A stretch of 43,105 nt of DNA from a virus (Duplodnaviria; Caudoviricetes). Both the position numbers and the translations under genes were made by a program. The DNA lies in the IMG/VR virus record IMGVR_UViG_3300037458_000852, positions 1 to 43,105 of that record; one strand, written 5' to 3'. Each line of letters opens with the position of its first letter. The first letter of the stretch is position 1. Under the pieces are notes generated by a model. That model did not search any database and was not told the DNA's origin. It saw only the letters and a program-made list of their open reading frames with translations. Shown here piece after piece: positions 33,842-41,134 of the stretch.

Positions 33842-34108
33842 TGTACGCTGCCCGCGGCGGGGGCCAGGCTGCCCACCGACCGAGACGGGGCGGGGGTTCG
33901 GCCAGACCCGCGGGTCCGCGCCCTCGCGGTCCATTCCCGCGAACTCACGGGCCTCCTCCCAGCGGTAGTCGAAGTACTTGACCGTACGCCCGTCCGATGC
34001 GTAGACGGTCCCCAGCATGCACTCCCACATCGCGATCCGGTGCTTGAGCGTCGGCTTCATGGCCCGCGATCCGGCGTACGGCCCGTGGGTCCAGATCTTG
34101 GCTGGCAT
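33818..34108 (-). CDS. Hypothetical protein
   Basis: WECMLGTVYA..KYFDY.WE.AREFAG; stop in cassette 16. Confidence 0.8.
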   Translation of the reverse strand: MPAKIWTHGPYAGSRAMKPTLKHRIAMWECMLGTVYASDGRTVKYFDYRWEEAREFAGMDREGADPRVWPNPRPVSVGGQPGPRRGQRTVYIRSDA

Positions 34109-34113
34109 CTGCT

Positions 34114-34169
34114 TGTCCTTTCGTCGTTGTTGGTATCATTATATCAGGTGCCAACCGGAGCTGTAAACA
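34114..34169 (-). promoter_or_regulatory. Cassette 17
   Basis: GTTTAC..CCTGATATAATG..AACGACGAAAGGACA. Confidence 0.88.
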
Positions 34170-34175
34170 CGAAGA

Positions 34176-34200
34176 AGCCCGACCCCGAAGGGCCGGGCTC
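34176..34200 (-). terminator. UUCG hairpin terminator
   Basis: agcccgaccc-cgaa-gggccgggct, followed by U-rich run on - strand. Confidence 0.7.
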
Positions 34201-34212
34201 CTGCGCTGGGGA

Positions 34213-34653
34213 TCAGGCGGTGGCTGCCTCGGCCTCCGCGAATGCGGGGATCACGTACCCCTCGCTCCGCATCTTGTTCGTGATCTCGCGCGCCTCGCGA
34301 GTGGTGCCGACGACCTCACGCCCGCCGCTTCGCGTATCGAGGACCATCCAGGACTTGGAGGTCAGGCTGCGGTAGACCACCGCGCCGACGCGCTTGCGAG
34401 TGTAGGCCGGGCGCCAGTCGGCCATGTGGGGCGCCACGAACTTCGGGGTCTCAATCCGGGTCCAGGGCACGAAGTGTCCGGGGCTGAGCGGACTGGTGAC
34501 CGCGATCACGGCGCCAGTGGCCTCGTGCACGACCTCGAGCTCGATGCCCTCCTCGGTGGAGAGCTCCTGCGCCTTGTCGACCAGCGGGAGGACCTCTTCG
34601 CCGGTCTCGCGAACGATCTCGCCGTCTGCGATCTTCTGGATGAGCTTGTACAC
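34213..34653 (-). CDS. Hypothetical protein
   Basis: 146 aa, GTG start after cassette 18. Confidence 0.8.
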   Translation of the reverse strand: MYKLIQKIADGEIVRETGEEVLPLVDKAQELSTEEGIELEVVHEATGAVIAVTSPLSPGHFVPWTRIETPKFVAPHMADWRPAYTRKRVGAVVYRSLTSKSWMVLDTRSGGREVVGTTREAREITNKMRSEGYVIPAFAEAEAATA

Positions 34654-34658
34654 TTTCG

Positions 34659-34728
34659 TGTCCTTTCGTCGTTACCAGGCTCCCTGCCTGATAGATCTAT
34701 TATATCGGGTCTTCAGTGCGTTGTACAG
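34659..34728 (-). promoter_or_regulatory. Cassette 18
   Basis: CTGTAC-18-TATAAT (CCCGA variant)..AACGACGAAAGGACA. Confidence 0.85.
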
Positions 34729-34748
34729 CCCAGAGTCGGGCTAGTTTC

Positions 34749-35192
34749 TCAGATCAAGCCAAGCTCCTGAGCGAACCCGCGCTGGATGTTGACGGTCTCG
34801 GTCTTGACGTCGTTGTCCAGCCGCACGAGCCACGCCTCGAGCTCGAGCTTGGTGGTCGCCACGTACTGCTTGCGTCGGAGCTGCTCTTGGAGCAGCCAGA
34901 GCTCGTTCTTCGCCTCATCGACCGCATCCTTCTGCACGTCGAGTCGATCCCGCTCGACGCGGGGCACGTTGACTGTGATGTGGAGTCGGCTGTCGTAGTT
35001 GTCTGCAGCCATGTGAGAGACTGTCGTCGGGTTCGCGGCCAGCTTCGTGAAGAGAGCGAGCCGTGCCTCTCCGTACTCCTTCGCGAGAGTGGCGTACTTC
35101 TCCCGTGCTGTCTCCACAGTCGGTGGCAGCGCGACGTCGGCGGCCAGCCTCTTGGCGATCGCCTCTCGGAGGTCTGTCTTCTTCACGTACAC
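34749..35192 (-). CDS. Hypothetical coiled-coil protein
   Basis: 147 aa after cassette 19. Confidence 0.8.
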   Translation of the reverse strand: MYVKKTDLREAIAKRLAADVALPPTVETAREKYATLAKEYGEARLALFTKLAANPTTVSHMAADNYDSRLHITVNVPRVERDRLDVQKDAVDEAKNELWLLQEQLRRKQYVATTKLELEAWLVRLDNDVKTETVNIQRGFAQELGLI

Positions 35193-35196
35193 GGTG

Positions 35197-35245
35197 TGTC
35201 CTTTCGTCGTTGGTTGGTGGTGCCTTGCAAGTTCATTATATCAGG
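35197..35245 (-). promoter_or_regulatory. Cassette 19
   Basis: CCTGATATAATG..AACGACGAAAGGACA. Confidence 0.88.
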
Positions 35246-35250
35246 TTCGA

Positions 35251-35436
35251 TCAGCGGAAGACACCGGTTCGCCGCATCAACTCTGCCCGCACCTCTGAAG
35301 TGCAGTCCCAAGCGACGGCCTCAACGATGTCCGCGTACCCGGCCTCGACGGCGTCCTCACCCATGTCGGCCCGCACGTCCTCCTCCGCACTCTCAAGTGC
35401 AGCGAACGCCTTCTCGATCGTGTCGTACTCCTTCAT
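35251..35436 (-). CDS. Small acidic protein
   Basis: 61 aa after cassette 20. Confidence 0.75.
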   Translation of the reverse strand: MKEYDTIEKAFAALESAEEDVRADMGEDAVEAGYADIVEAVAWDCTSEVRAELMRRTGVFR

Positions 35437-35440
35437 CGTC

Positions 35441-35482
35441 TGTCCCTTCGTCTCTGTGTCCCCGTAAGTCCATTATATCAGG
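35441..35482 (-). promoter_or_regulatory. Cassette 20
   Basis: CCTGATATAATG..AGACGAAGGGACA. Confidence 0.85.
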
Positions 35483-35661
35483 CTGATGCCCTCAGCCCGC
35501 ACCCACTTGGCACAGTCGGGGCAGTAGTCCTTCCGGTTGACGCGACCTCCGCCAACGCGCCAGCCTGCGGCCTCGGCCTCCTTCCGCGCCAGCTCCGGCG
35601 AGCCCTTCGCGATGAACCTGGTGGTGCAGCGGTCGCATTTGACGGTGGTCTCAACGCTCAT
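35473..35661 (-). CDS. Zinc-ribbon protein
   Basis: CDRC..ARKEAEAAGW..DYCPDC; stop TAA in TATAAT of cassette 20. Confidence 0.75.
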   Translation of the reverse strand: MSVETTVKCDRCTTRFIAKGSPELARKEAEAAGWRVGGGRVNRKDYCPDCAKWVRAEGISLI

Positions 35662-35879
35662 CGGTCATCCCATCCGAACGCTCCAGTGCGTGATGATGTG
35701 CCGGTTGCGTCCGCGCGGTCCAGCCGCTGGACGTCGATGCCGTCCTTCTCGGCCTCCGCTCGAGTTCCGATCCACGCGTCGGTGTGCCAGAGCGTGCGTG
35801 CGACGTACCAGTCGACGTCACGCTCCGGCTTGATGATCATGCACGTCGCGTACGCTGTGCGCCTGAGCGAGCTGCTCAT
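35658..35879 (-). CDS. Hypothetical protein
   Basis: IIKPERDVDWYV..WIGTRAE..RLDRADATGTSS; ATGA overlaps. Confidence 0.7.
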   Translation of the reverse strand: MSSSLRRTAYATCMIIKPERDVDWYVARTLWHTDAWIGTRAEAEKDGIDVQRLDRADATGTSSRTGAFGWDDR

Positions 35880-36085
35880 CCCTTTTCATCTTCCTTAAGC
35901 TCGAACAGCTTGGCGAATGCCGCGGCGCGCTCGCGCTCCCGTTGAGCGATCGCTTCGTCGTACGCCTTCCGCTCGACTCCACTGTTGATGCGTTCTCGAA
36001 GGTAGTCTCCGAAGGTTCGCCCGCAGGCGCAGGGCTGCTCGTGGAAAAACACACACTCGCTGGTTGGGTGTCTCTTGCTGCTCAT
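35876..36085 (-). CDS. Hypothetical protein (Cys motif + coiled coil)
   Basis: ATGA overlap, GGAGG SD; MSSKRHPTSEC..PCACG. Confidence 0.65.
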   Translation of the reverse strand: MSSKRHPTSECVFFHEQPCACGRTFGDYLRERINSGVERKAYDEAIAQRERERAAAFAKLFELKEDEKG

Positions 36086-36189
36086 CGCCTCCGACCTCCG
36101 CATCCGGCGTGCCCGCACCCACCGCAGAATCCTCCGCGCGAGCACTCGCACCCGCAGGGCCTGACGTCTTGTCCTCGTCCGTAGCTCAT
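36082..36189 (-). CDS. Cys/Gly-rich peptide (35 aa)
   Basis: MSYGRGQDVRPCGCECSRGGFCGGCGHAGCGGRRR directly after cassette 21. Confidence 0.7.
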   Translation of the reverse strand: MSYGRGQDVRPCGCECSRGGFCGGCGHAGCGGRRR

Positions 36190-36193
36190 GTTC

Positions 36194-36231
36194 TGTCCCT
36201 TCGTCCGTCCCCGTAGTTCAATTATATCAGG
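36194..36231 (-). promoter_or_regulatory. Cassette 21
   Basis: CCTGATATAAT..GGACGAAGGGACA. Confidence 0.85.
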
Positions 36232-36302
36232 ATCGGCATCGCGAAGCATGTCGGGCGTCACAAGCTTGCCGCGCGCCATTGCGTCGATCACTCGGTTGAA
36301 GT

Positions 36303-36452
36303 TCACCGCCACGCACACTCCTCCACGGAGTACCCAGCGTCGACACAGTGCTGCGTGGCCGCACGGTCGTTCGCGACCACGTACGCGACCAGCGCGATGA
36401 CCGCGACAATCAGAGCAAGCAGTGGCCAGAGTGACTCGCCCTCGCGCTCCAT
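36303..36452 (-). CDS. Small membrane protein (49 aa)
   Basis: LWPLLALIVAVIALVAYVVA..C..GY...C; TGATG coupling. Confidence 0.6.
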   Translation of the reverse strand: MEREGESLWPLLALIVAVIALVAYVVANDRAATQHCVDAGYSVEECAWR

Positions 36453-36676
36453 CAGGCGTCCATCTGAACTCGGTCGAGCTTGCTCCAGCCGAGCCGCGAG
36501 CTGTACGCCCACGGAGCGCCCAGGTGGTCTCCCCGGCTGTTGTACTTGCGCAGGTACGCGGTCGCAGGCCCGAACAGCTCGACCTTGCGCTTCGCGTCCT
36601 CGATGTTCTTCGCGAACACTGTGGCCCGGCGGAAGTCTCCGTCGGGCATTGTCATCGATACTGTGTAGTCTCGCAT
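36452..36676 (-). CDS. Hypothetical protein
   Basis: 74 aa after cassette 22. Confidence 0.75.
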   Translation of the reverse strand: MRDYTVSMTMPDGDFRRATVFAKNIEDAKRKVELFGPATAYLRKYNSRGDHLGAPWAYSSRLGWSKLDRVQMDA

Positions 36677-36680
36677 GTTC

Positions 36681-36714
36681 GTCCCTTCGTCGTTGGTAAT
36701 ACCATTATATCAGG
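36681..36714 (-). promoter_or_regulatory. Cassette 22
   Basis: CCTGATATAATG..AACGACGAAGGGAC. Confidence 0.88.
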
Positions 36715-36955
36715 TATCTACTGAAGTGAACACCACCACGCCGTCCTCTTTGCACTCAAGCTCCCAGAGCTTCCGCCACGAGTTCGGTGCGAACGCGATG
36801 ATGCGGAGCGTACCGTTCTTGTCGAGCGTGATGCCCGCACCCCAGAACATCATCGAGTTATCGCCGTGAATCTTCTTCGAGTGGTAGACTCGGTCCATCC
36901 ATGCGTCGGAGATCTTCTTGCGCCGCGTCATGAGCTTGTCGTAGTCGTCAGTCAT
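36710..36955 (-). CDS. Hypothetical protein
   Basis: 81 aa from MTDDYD; stop in cassette 22. Confidence 0.7.
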   Translation of the reverse strand: MTDDYDKLMTRRKKISDAWMDRVYHSKKIHGDNSMMFWGAGITLDKNGTLRIIAFAPNSWRKLWELECKEDGVVVFTSVDT

Positions 36956-37053
36956 CACTTCCTCTTCCGTCGTAGCCGGCACTGCTTCTGTGCAAAGCCG
37001 ATCCCGATGCCGATGATCACGCCGATGACGACGGACGTCCAGTCCCAGCTCAT
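36955..37053 (-). CDS. Small membrane peptide (32 aa)
   Basis: MSWDWTSVVIGVIIGIGIGFAQKQCRLRRKRK; coupled on both sides. Confidence 0.6.
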   Translation of the reverse strand: MSWDWTSVVIGVIIGIGIGFAQKQCRLRRKRK

Positions 37054-37226
37054 GCCATGTCCCGAGAGTTGAGCAGGGAGTCTACGTACGTGCTGTAGTC
37101 GATCAGCGTGACCGTTCCGTCGTCGTTGACCCGCATGAAGACCTTGAACTCGAAGCCGTTCGCAATCAAGTGATCGCAGGCCGACTGTACGCTGGGCTTG
37201 ATGAAGTCCGGATCATAGGCGCTCAC
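37050..37226 (-). CDS. Hypothetical protein (58 aa)
   Basis: GTGA overlap with upstream stop. Confidence 0.6.
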   Translation of the reverse strand: MSAYDPDFIKPSVQSACDHLIANGFEFKVFMRVNDDGTVTLIDYSTYVDSLLNSRDMA

Positions 37227-37489
37227 GGCGTCACCGTGTCCTGATCCTCGCGGTCCTTCAGGAGCAGGATGACCACGCCCCACGTCACCTCGGAGCTGAC
37301 GTGCACGCCGGCCTTGTGCTCGAACATGCGCCGCAGGCTGTCGCCCATGCCAAGCGCGTCCTCGAGCGTGATGTCGTTCGCGATGAGCTGGCCCGCAAGC
37401 TTGAGGGCCTTCTTCATCTGAGCGTGAGCCTTGTACGCGTCGCTCGGAACCCAGCTGTCGTGCAGCGGGCTAACCGCAACCTCTGTCAT
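37223..37489 (-). CDS. Hypothetical protein
   Basis: 88 aa after cassette 23. Confidence 0.75.
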   Translation of the reverse strand: MTEVAVSPLHDSWVPSDAYKAHAQMKKALKLAGQLIANDITLEDALGMGDSLRRMFEHKAGVHVSSEVTWGVVILLLKDREDQDTVTP

Positions 37490-37493
37490 GGTC

Positions 37494-37527
37494 TGTCCTT
37501 TCGTCGTTGTATGTTCATTATATCAGG
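37494..37527 (-). promoter_or_regulatory. Cassette 23
   Basis: CCTGATATAATG..AACGACGAAAGGACA. Confidence 0.88.
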
Positions 37528-37717
37528 ATTGGTCAGGCGGTGGCACCCTGACGGTGACAGGCCGAGGCGTCCGCAGCCACGTCAGATGACCAAGAGGCTT
37601 TGCCTCTTGGTCCCCCTTCGGTGGCTTGAACTGCGCGACGTATTGCGGATAGCACCGTGCCGGCGTGCACCGCTCATCACACTGGTCGAGTCGGATGTGG
37701 GTGGTGGTGGAGGTCAC
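37523..37717 (-). CDS. Hypothetical protein (64 aa)
   Basis: GTGA overlap; stop in cassette 23. Confidence 0.5.
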   Translation of the reverse strand: MTSTTTHIRLDQCDERCTPARCYPQYVAQFKPPKGDQEAKPLGHLTWLRTPRPVTVRVPPPDQS

Positions 37718-38136
37718 GCCTTGACCACCTCCACCTTGCTCGCGTGCACCGCAGTGACCATGTGGATCGGAGCAGTCACGTAGCGGTTGTCGTCTCCGCC
37801 GAGCTTGGCGACCTTGATCTTGCCGCTCTTGACGGTGGCGATGACCACGTAGTACTCGCCGCGCCCGTCGAGCGTGCACACCGTGCCGAGCGTGAGCTCG
37901 TGGTACGCCTCGCCCTGCTCGCGGATGGAAGCCAGGTACGCTCGACTCGCGATCTCCTTCTCCTCAACGGTTGGCTCCTCGAGGTGCCGGAAGGAGCAGA
38001 CGTAGACCTTGCCGCCGTCGACGAGCGTGACGTGATAGGGACGCGCACCGCGCGTGATCTTGTTGACGTATCCCAGGCCGAGGCCCGTGATCGTGACCGC
38101 AGACCCGCTGTAGAGGCTGTATTCGTTGAATGACAT
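37714..38136 (-). CDS. Hypothetical protein (tandem SH3-like beta domains)
   Basis: 140 aa after cassette 24. Confidence 0.75.
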   Translation of the reverse strand: MSFNEYSLYSGSAVTITGLGLGYVNKITRGARPYHVTLVDGGKVYVCSFRHLEEPTVEEKEIASRAYLASIREQGEAYHELTLGTVCTLDGRGEYYVVIATVKSGKIKVAKLGGDDNRYVTAPIHMVTAVHASKVEVVKA

Positions 38137-38140
38137 GCTG

Positions 38141-38177
38141 TGTCCTTTCGTCGTTGGTGTAATACCATTATATCAGG
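38141..38177 (-). promoter_or_regulatory. Cassette 24
   Basis: CCTGATATAATG..AACGACGAAAGGACA. Confidence 0.88.
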
Positions 38178-38320
38178 AAACATGGTGGCTGGCACGCCGC
38201 AGGGCATGTCACCGCAGGTGAAAGGTTTCCCCGCTCTCTACCCTTAGCTCCGCACTCGGGTGAAGAAGGCTGCGCAAGAAACCCCGGCGTGCGGTGACCT
38301 TGACGACGTGCCAGCTGGTC

Positions 38321-40231
38321 TCATCTCTCGTTGCGGGCCGAGGCCCTCTCGATTGCAGCGGCGGCAGCCTTCCCGACGGCGAGTGCCGCGTCCGCGGGGG
38401 ACAGGGCTTCGTCGACGATCGTGGCGCCGAGCTTCGTGTATGCGTCTCCGTACTCGATGCCACCGTACCCCATGATCAGGACTGCGACTCCAGCGTCCGT
38501 CAGGCGCTTGATCCACTTCCGAGCCGCGTGGGTCTGTGGGCCGGTGTAGTACATGTCGCTCGAGATGACGAGCAGTCGCGCGCCGGACCCGTGCAACAGG
38601 TTGAGCGTCCCGTCCAAGGCCTTGAACGCTTGGTCGAACGACTCCGTTCCGTCCGGCGCGGAGTAGACCCGCACGTCCGGCTGGTACTCACCAGGCCGCA
38701 ACGTCGCGAACACGCTGTTGCCGTAGTACACCTGCGCCACCTTGGCGCCAATCCTCCGGGAGGCCTCGGCGAACACCCAGGCCAGGACGCCCATGGGCTC
38801 CATCGCCGCGTACATCGACCCGGAGATGTCACACATCACGCCGATCTGGAGCGTCGGGTCGTCGACGTGCTTCCGGTGCTTCGCTCGCCACGGCTCAGCG
38901 GTCTGCATCGCGCCGCGTGCCCGCTCAGCTCCGGCCTGGACCATCGCCCGCGAGCGCAGCCGTCCCGGCGGGAGCACAGACGCGACGTCCGTGACGAGCC
39001 GCTCCTGGTACCGGGCCCGCTCCAGCAGCTGCGCCACCTTCACCGCAGCAGCCCGCTCCGGACCGCTAGCCTTGCGTGTCTCGACCAGGCGAGACGACGT
39101 TGCGCCGCTTCCCGGGCCGGTGCCCTTGCCGAACACCTTGGCTGCCGTGCCCTTGTGGTCACGCTCCTCCGCGGCGTCCTTGCCGCGCGCCGCAACTTGG
39201 TCGGCCCAGTCGCGTGCCTCCTGCTCGTCGGCGATCGCACCAAGCGCCTCGATCTCCGCAACGTCTGCGGCCTCACTGAGAGCGTCCGCAAGTGCTTGAG
39301 CAAGTTCCTCGCTGATGGCCATGCCACCCTCGTTCTCCTCGCCCTCGTCGCCGACTCCGCCGGACTCACCCTCTTCGCTCGGCTCTCCGCCGCTCCCGCC
39401 GGTACCCGTGCCGGTGCCACCAGGCTCGCCCTTGCGCTTGGTCGGGTCGGGGATCATCTCGCTCTCAACCAGGAGGTCGATCCACTCCTGCGCCAGCTCG
39501 GTCATGTTGCCGAGCGTGCCGTCCTCGCGGATCGCCTGCGCTCGGATCCAGATGCTCCGGAACTTAGCGAGCAGCTCGTCGCCGAACAACTGCTCGAAGA
39601 CGTCCCGCAGCGCGGAGACGTCTGAGCTCTCGAGCACGCCGGCGTCGATCCGGCCCAGCGTGAGCTGAGCGTTCAAGCTCATGCTCAGCGGGTTGAGGTC
39701 CTTGCTCGCCACTCCCTCGAGCAGTGCCGGCATGTCCCGGATGACGAGCTTGACCGCGGTTGCGCGCAGGTACTCTCGCATCTTCGGGTAGTGCTTGAGG
39801 CCAAGCCCCTCGATCCGGGTCTCCTCCAGGTTGACCACGATCTCGGCGATCAGTCGTGAGTTCTCCTTGTAGAGCGTCGGGATGTCCCAGAGCGAGTGAC
39901 GCGCGTGCATCGCCTCGTGGAACAGCGCGCCAACCAGGACCGGGTTCTCCTCGCGGATGACCACGCCGTCCGTGTCCACGCCGGCGATGCCCTTCAGCTC
40001 GTTGGGCTTGATCTTCTCGTGACACGCGACCGCGACGTTGACCTCCATCTCGGCAAGCCCCGGGTTGAAGCAGGCCGGGACGTCTCCGCCCGCGCCGGGG
40101 CCGACGTACGCGATGATGTCCTCGCGCCGGGCCCACTTGTTCACGAGTGAGGCGAGCTCCACGCCGATCGGTAGCCACTCGGGCGGCGTCGCCTCAGCCT
40201 TGGTCTCCTTGTGCTCGAAGTGTGCTGGCAT
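38321..40231 (-). CDS. CobT-like VWA protein with N-terminal HEXXH motif
   Basis: FHEAMHAR..NLEETRIE; acidic/Gly linker; PGRLRSR; MIDAS DISGSM..T..SD. Confidence 0.88.
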   Translation of the reverse strand: MPAHFEHKETKAEATPPEWLPIGVELASLVNKWARREDIIAYVGPGAGGDVPACFNPGLAEMEVNVAVACHEKIKPNELKGIAGVDTDGVVIREENPVLVGALFHEAMHARHSLWDIPTLYKENSRLIAEIVVNLEETRIEGLGLKHYPKMREYLRATAVKLVIRDMPALLEGVASKDLNPLSMSLNAQLTLGRIDAGVLESSDVSALRDVFEQLFGDELLAKFRSIWIRAQAIREDGTLGNMTELAQEWIDLLVESEMIPDPTKRKGEPGGTGTGTGGSGGEPSEEGESGGVGDEGEENEGGMAISEELAQALADALSEAADVAEIEALGAIADEQEARDWADQVAARGKDAAEERDHKGTAAKVFGKGTGPGSGATSSRLVETRKASGPERAAAVKVAQLLERARYQERLVTDVASVLPPGRLRSRAMVQAGAERARGAMQTAEPWRAKHRKHVDDPTLQIGVMCDISGSMYAAMEPMGVLAWVFAEASRRIGAKVAQVYYGNSVFATLRPGEYQPDVRVYSAPDGTESFDQAFKALDGTLNLLHGSGARLLVISSDMYYTGPQTHAARKWIKRLTDAGVAVLIMGYGGIEYGDAYTKLGATIVDEALSPADAALAVGKAAAAAIERASARNER

Positions 40232-40234
40232 GCT

Positions 40235-40271
40235 TGTCCCTTCGTCGTTGGTGTATTTAGATTATATCAGG
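40235..40271 (-). promoter_or_regulatory. Cassette 25
   Basis: CCTGATATAAT..AACGACGAAGGGACA. Confidence 0.88.
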
Positions 40272-40280
40272 ATTGACGTG

Positions 40281-40325
40281 CACCCGACAGGCAGGGACCA
40301 GCGACCCTCACCTGCCTGCCGGGTG
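40281..40325 (-). terminator. Hairpin after GIY-YIG gene
   Basis: cacccgacaggcagg...cctgcctgccgggtg. Confidence 0.65.
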
Positions 40326-40326
40326 G

Positions 40327-41094
40327 TCATGGGTTTTCGCGTCTCCGCCGCAGACCGTCAGCGATCGCTTGCCTGTGCGCGTCACTTAGCTTTCGTCCTG
40401 ACCTAGCCGCGCTCATCTTTGCTCGAGCCTCTTCGCTTCGCTTTTGACCTTTGTTTGACTCACTGATTTGACGCTTCACCTCTTCTGAATGCTTACGCCC
40501 AGTGCCCGCCTTGCTGAGCTTTTGTTTATGCTCATCTGAAAGTTTGCGCCCTGCGTTGACACCTTTCAACACCTCGCGAAGATGTTGCTTCGTCTCCTCG
40601 GTGTGCTTGTGCCCTGGACGACCGGTGAGAGATGCGCTGATCTTTTGGCGCACGTCCTCTCGCTTTGACGGGTTACCGTCACCACTGAACCGCTCACGTT
40701 GTCGCTGCTTGAACTCCTCAGTGTGGGGGTGAGAGTTCCCTCGGTTTGCGTCTCCGATCTTGCGTCGTGTCTCATCAGACGGTACCCACCCAAGCGAGCC
40801 TTCTCCACCACCAGTCTTGTTGAAGAGACTGCAACTGTCTTTGAGCATCGCGATGACAATTCGCTCAGTCTTACGTGACTCCTTGAATGTCAATGCCGAC
40901 TCAAGCGTGAGCGCTTCAATGCTGTACCCTGCTGCAGTTTCGTCTTGAAGCCATTCATGTAGTGGTGTTGACGGACGGCTCGCGTGCCACAGATGCATCG
41001 TGAGGCGAGATGTCGGTGTTTCACCTTTTGTCGCACCGATGTATCGGATTTCAGACTTGTCGCGTGTTGACACAAGAGCGTAGACGCATGCCAT
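40327..41094 (-). CDS. GIY-YIG endonuclease with multiple NUMOD3 repeats (leaderless)
   Basis: CVYALVS..IRYIGAT, LFNKTGGGEG, repeated H(T/S)EE.K..IS; CCTGA-TACGGT 7 nt before ATG; lower GC. Confidence 0.88.
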   Translation of the reverse strand: MACVYALVSTRDKSEIRYIGATKGETPTSRLTMHLWHASRPSTPLHEWLQDETAAGYSIEALTLESALTFKESRKTERIVIAMLKDSCSLFNKTGGGEGSLGWVPSDETRRKIGDANRGNSHPHTEEFKQRQRERFSGDGNPSKREDVRQKISASLTGRPGHKHTEETKQHLREVLKGVNAGRKLSDEHKQKLSKAGTGRKHSEEVKRQISESNKGQKRSEEARAKMSAARSGRKLSDAHRQAIADGLRRRRENP

Positions 41095-41134
41095 AGCATG
41101 AACCGTATCAGGTCAGCACGTCAGCTATGTCAGA

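Noticed and set aside
38209-38324. Small ORF after the VWA gene
   Set aside because: Two competing short frames with no convincing start or motif.
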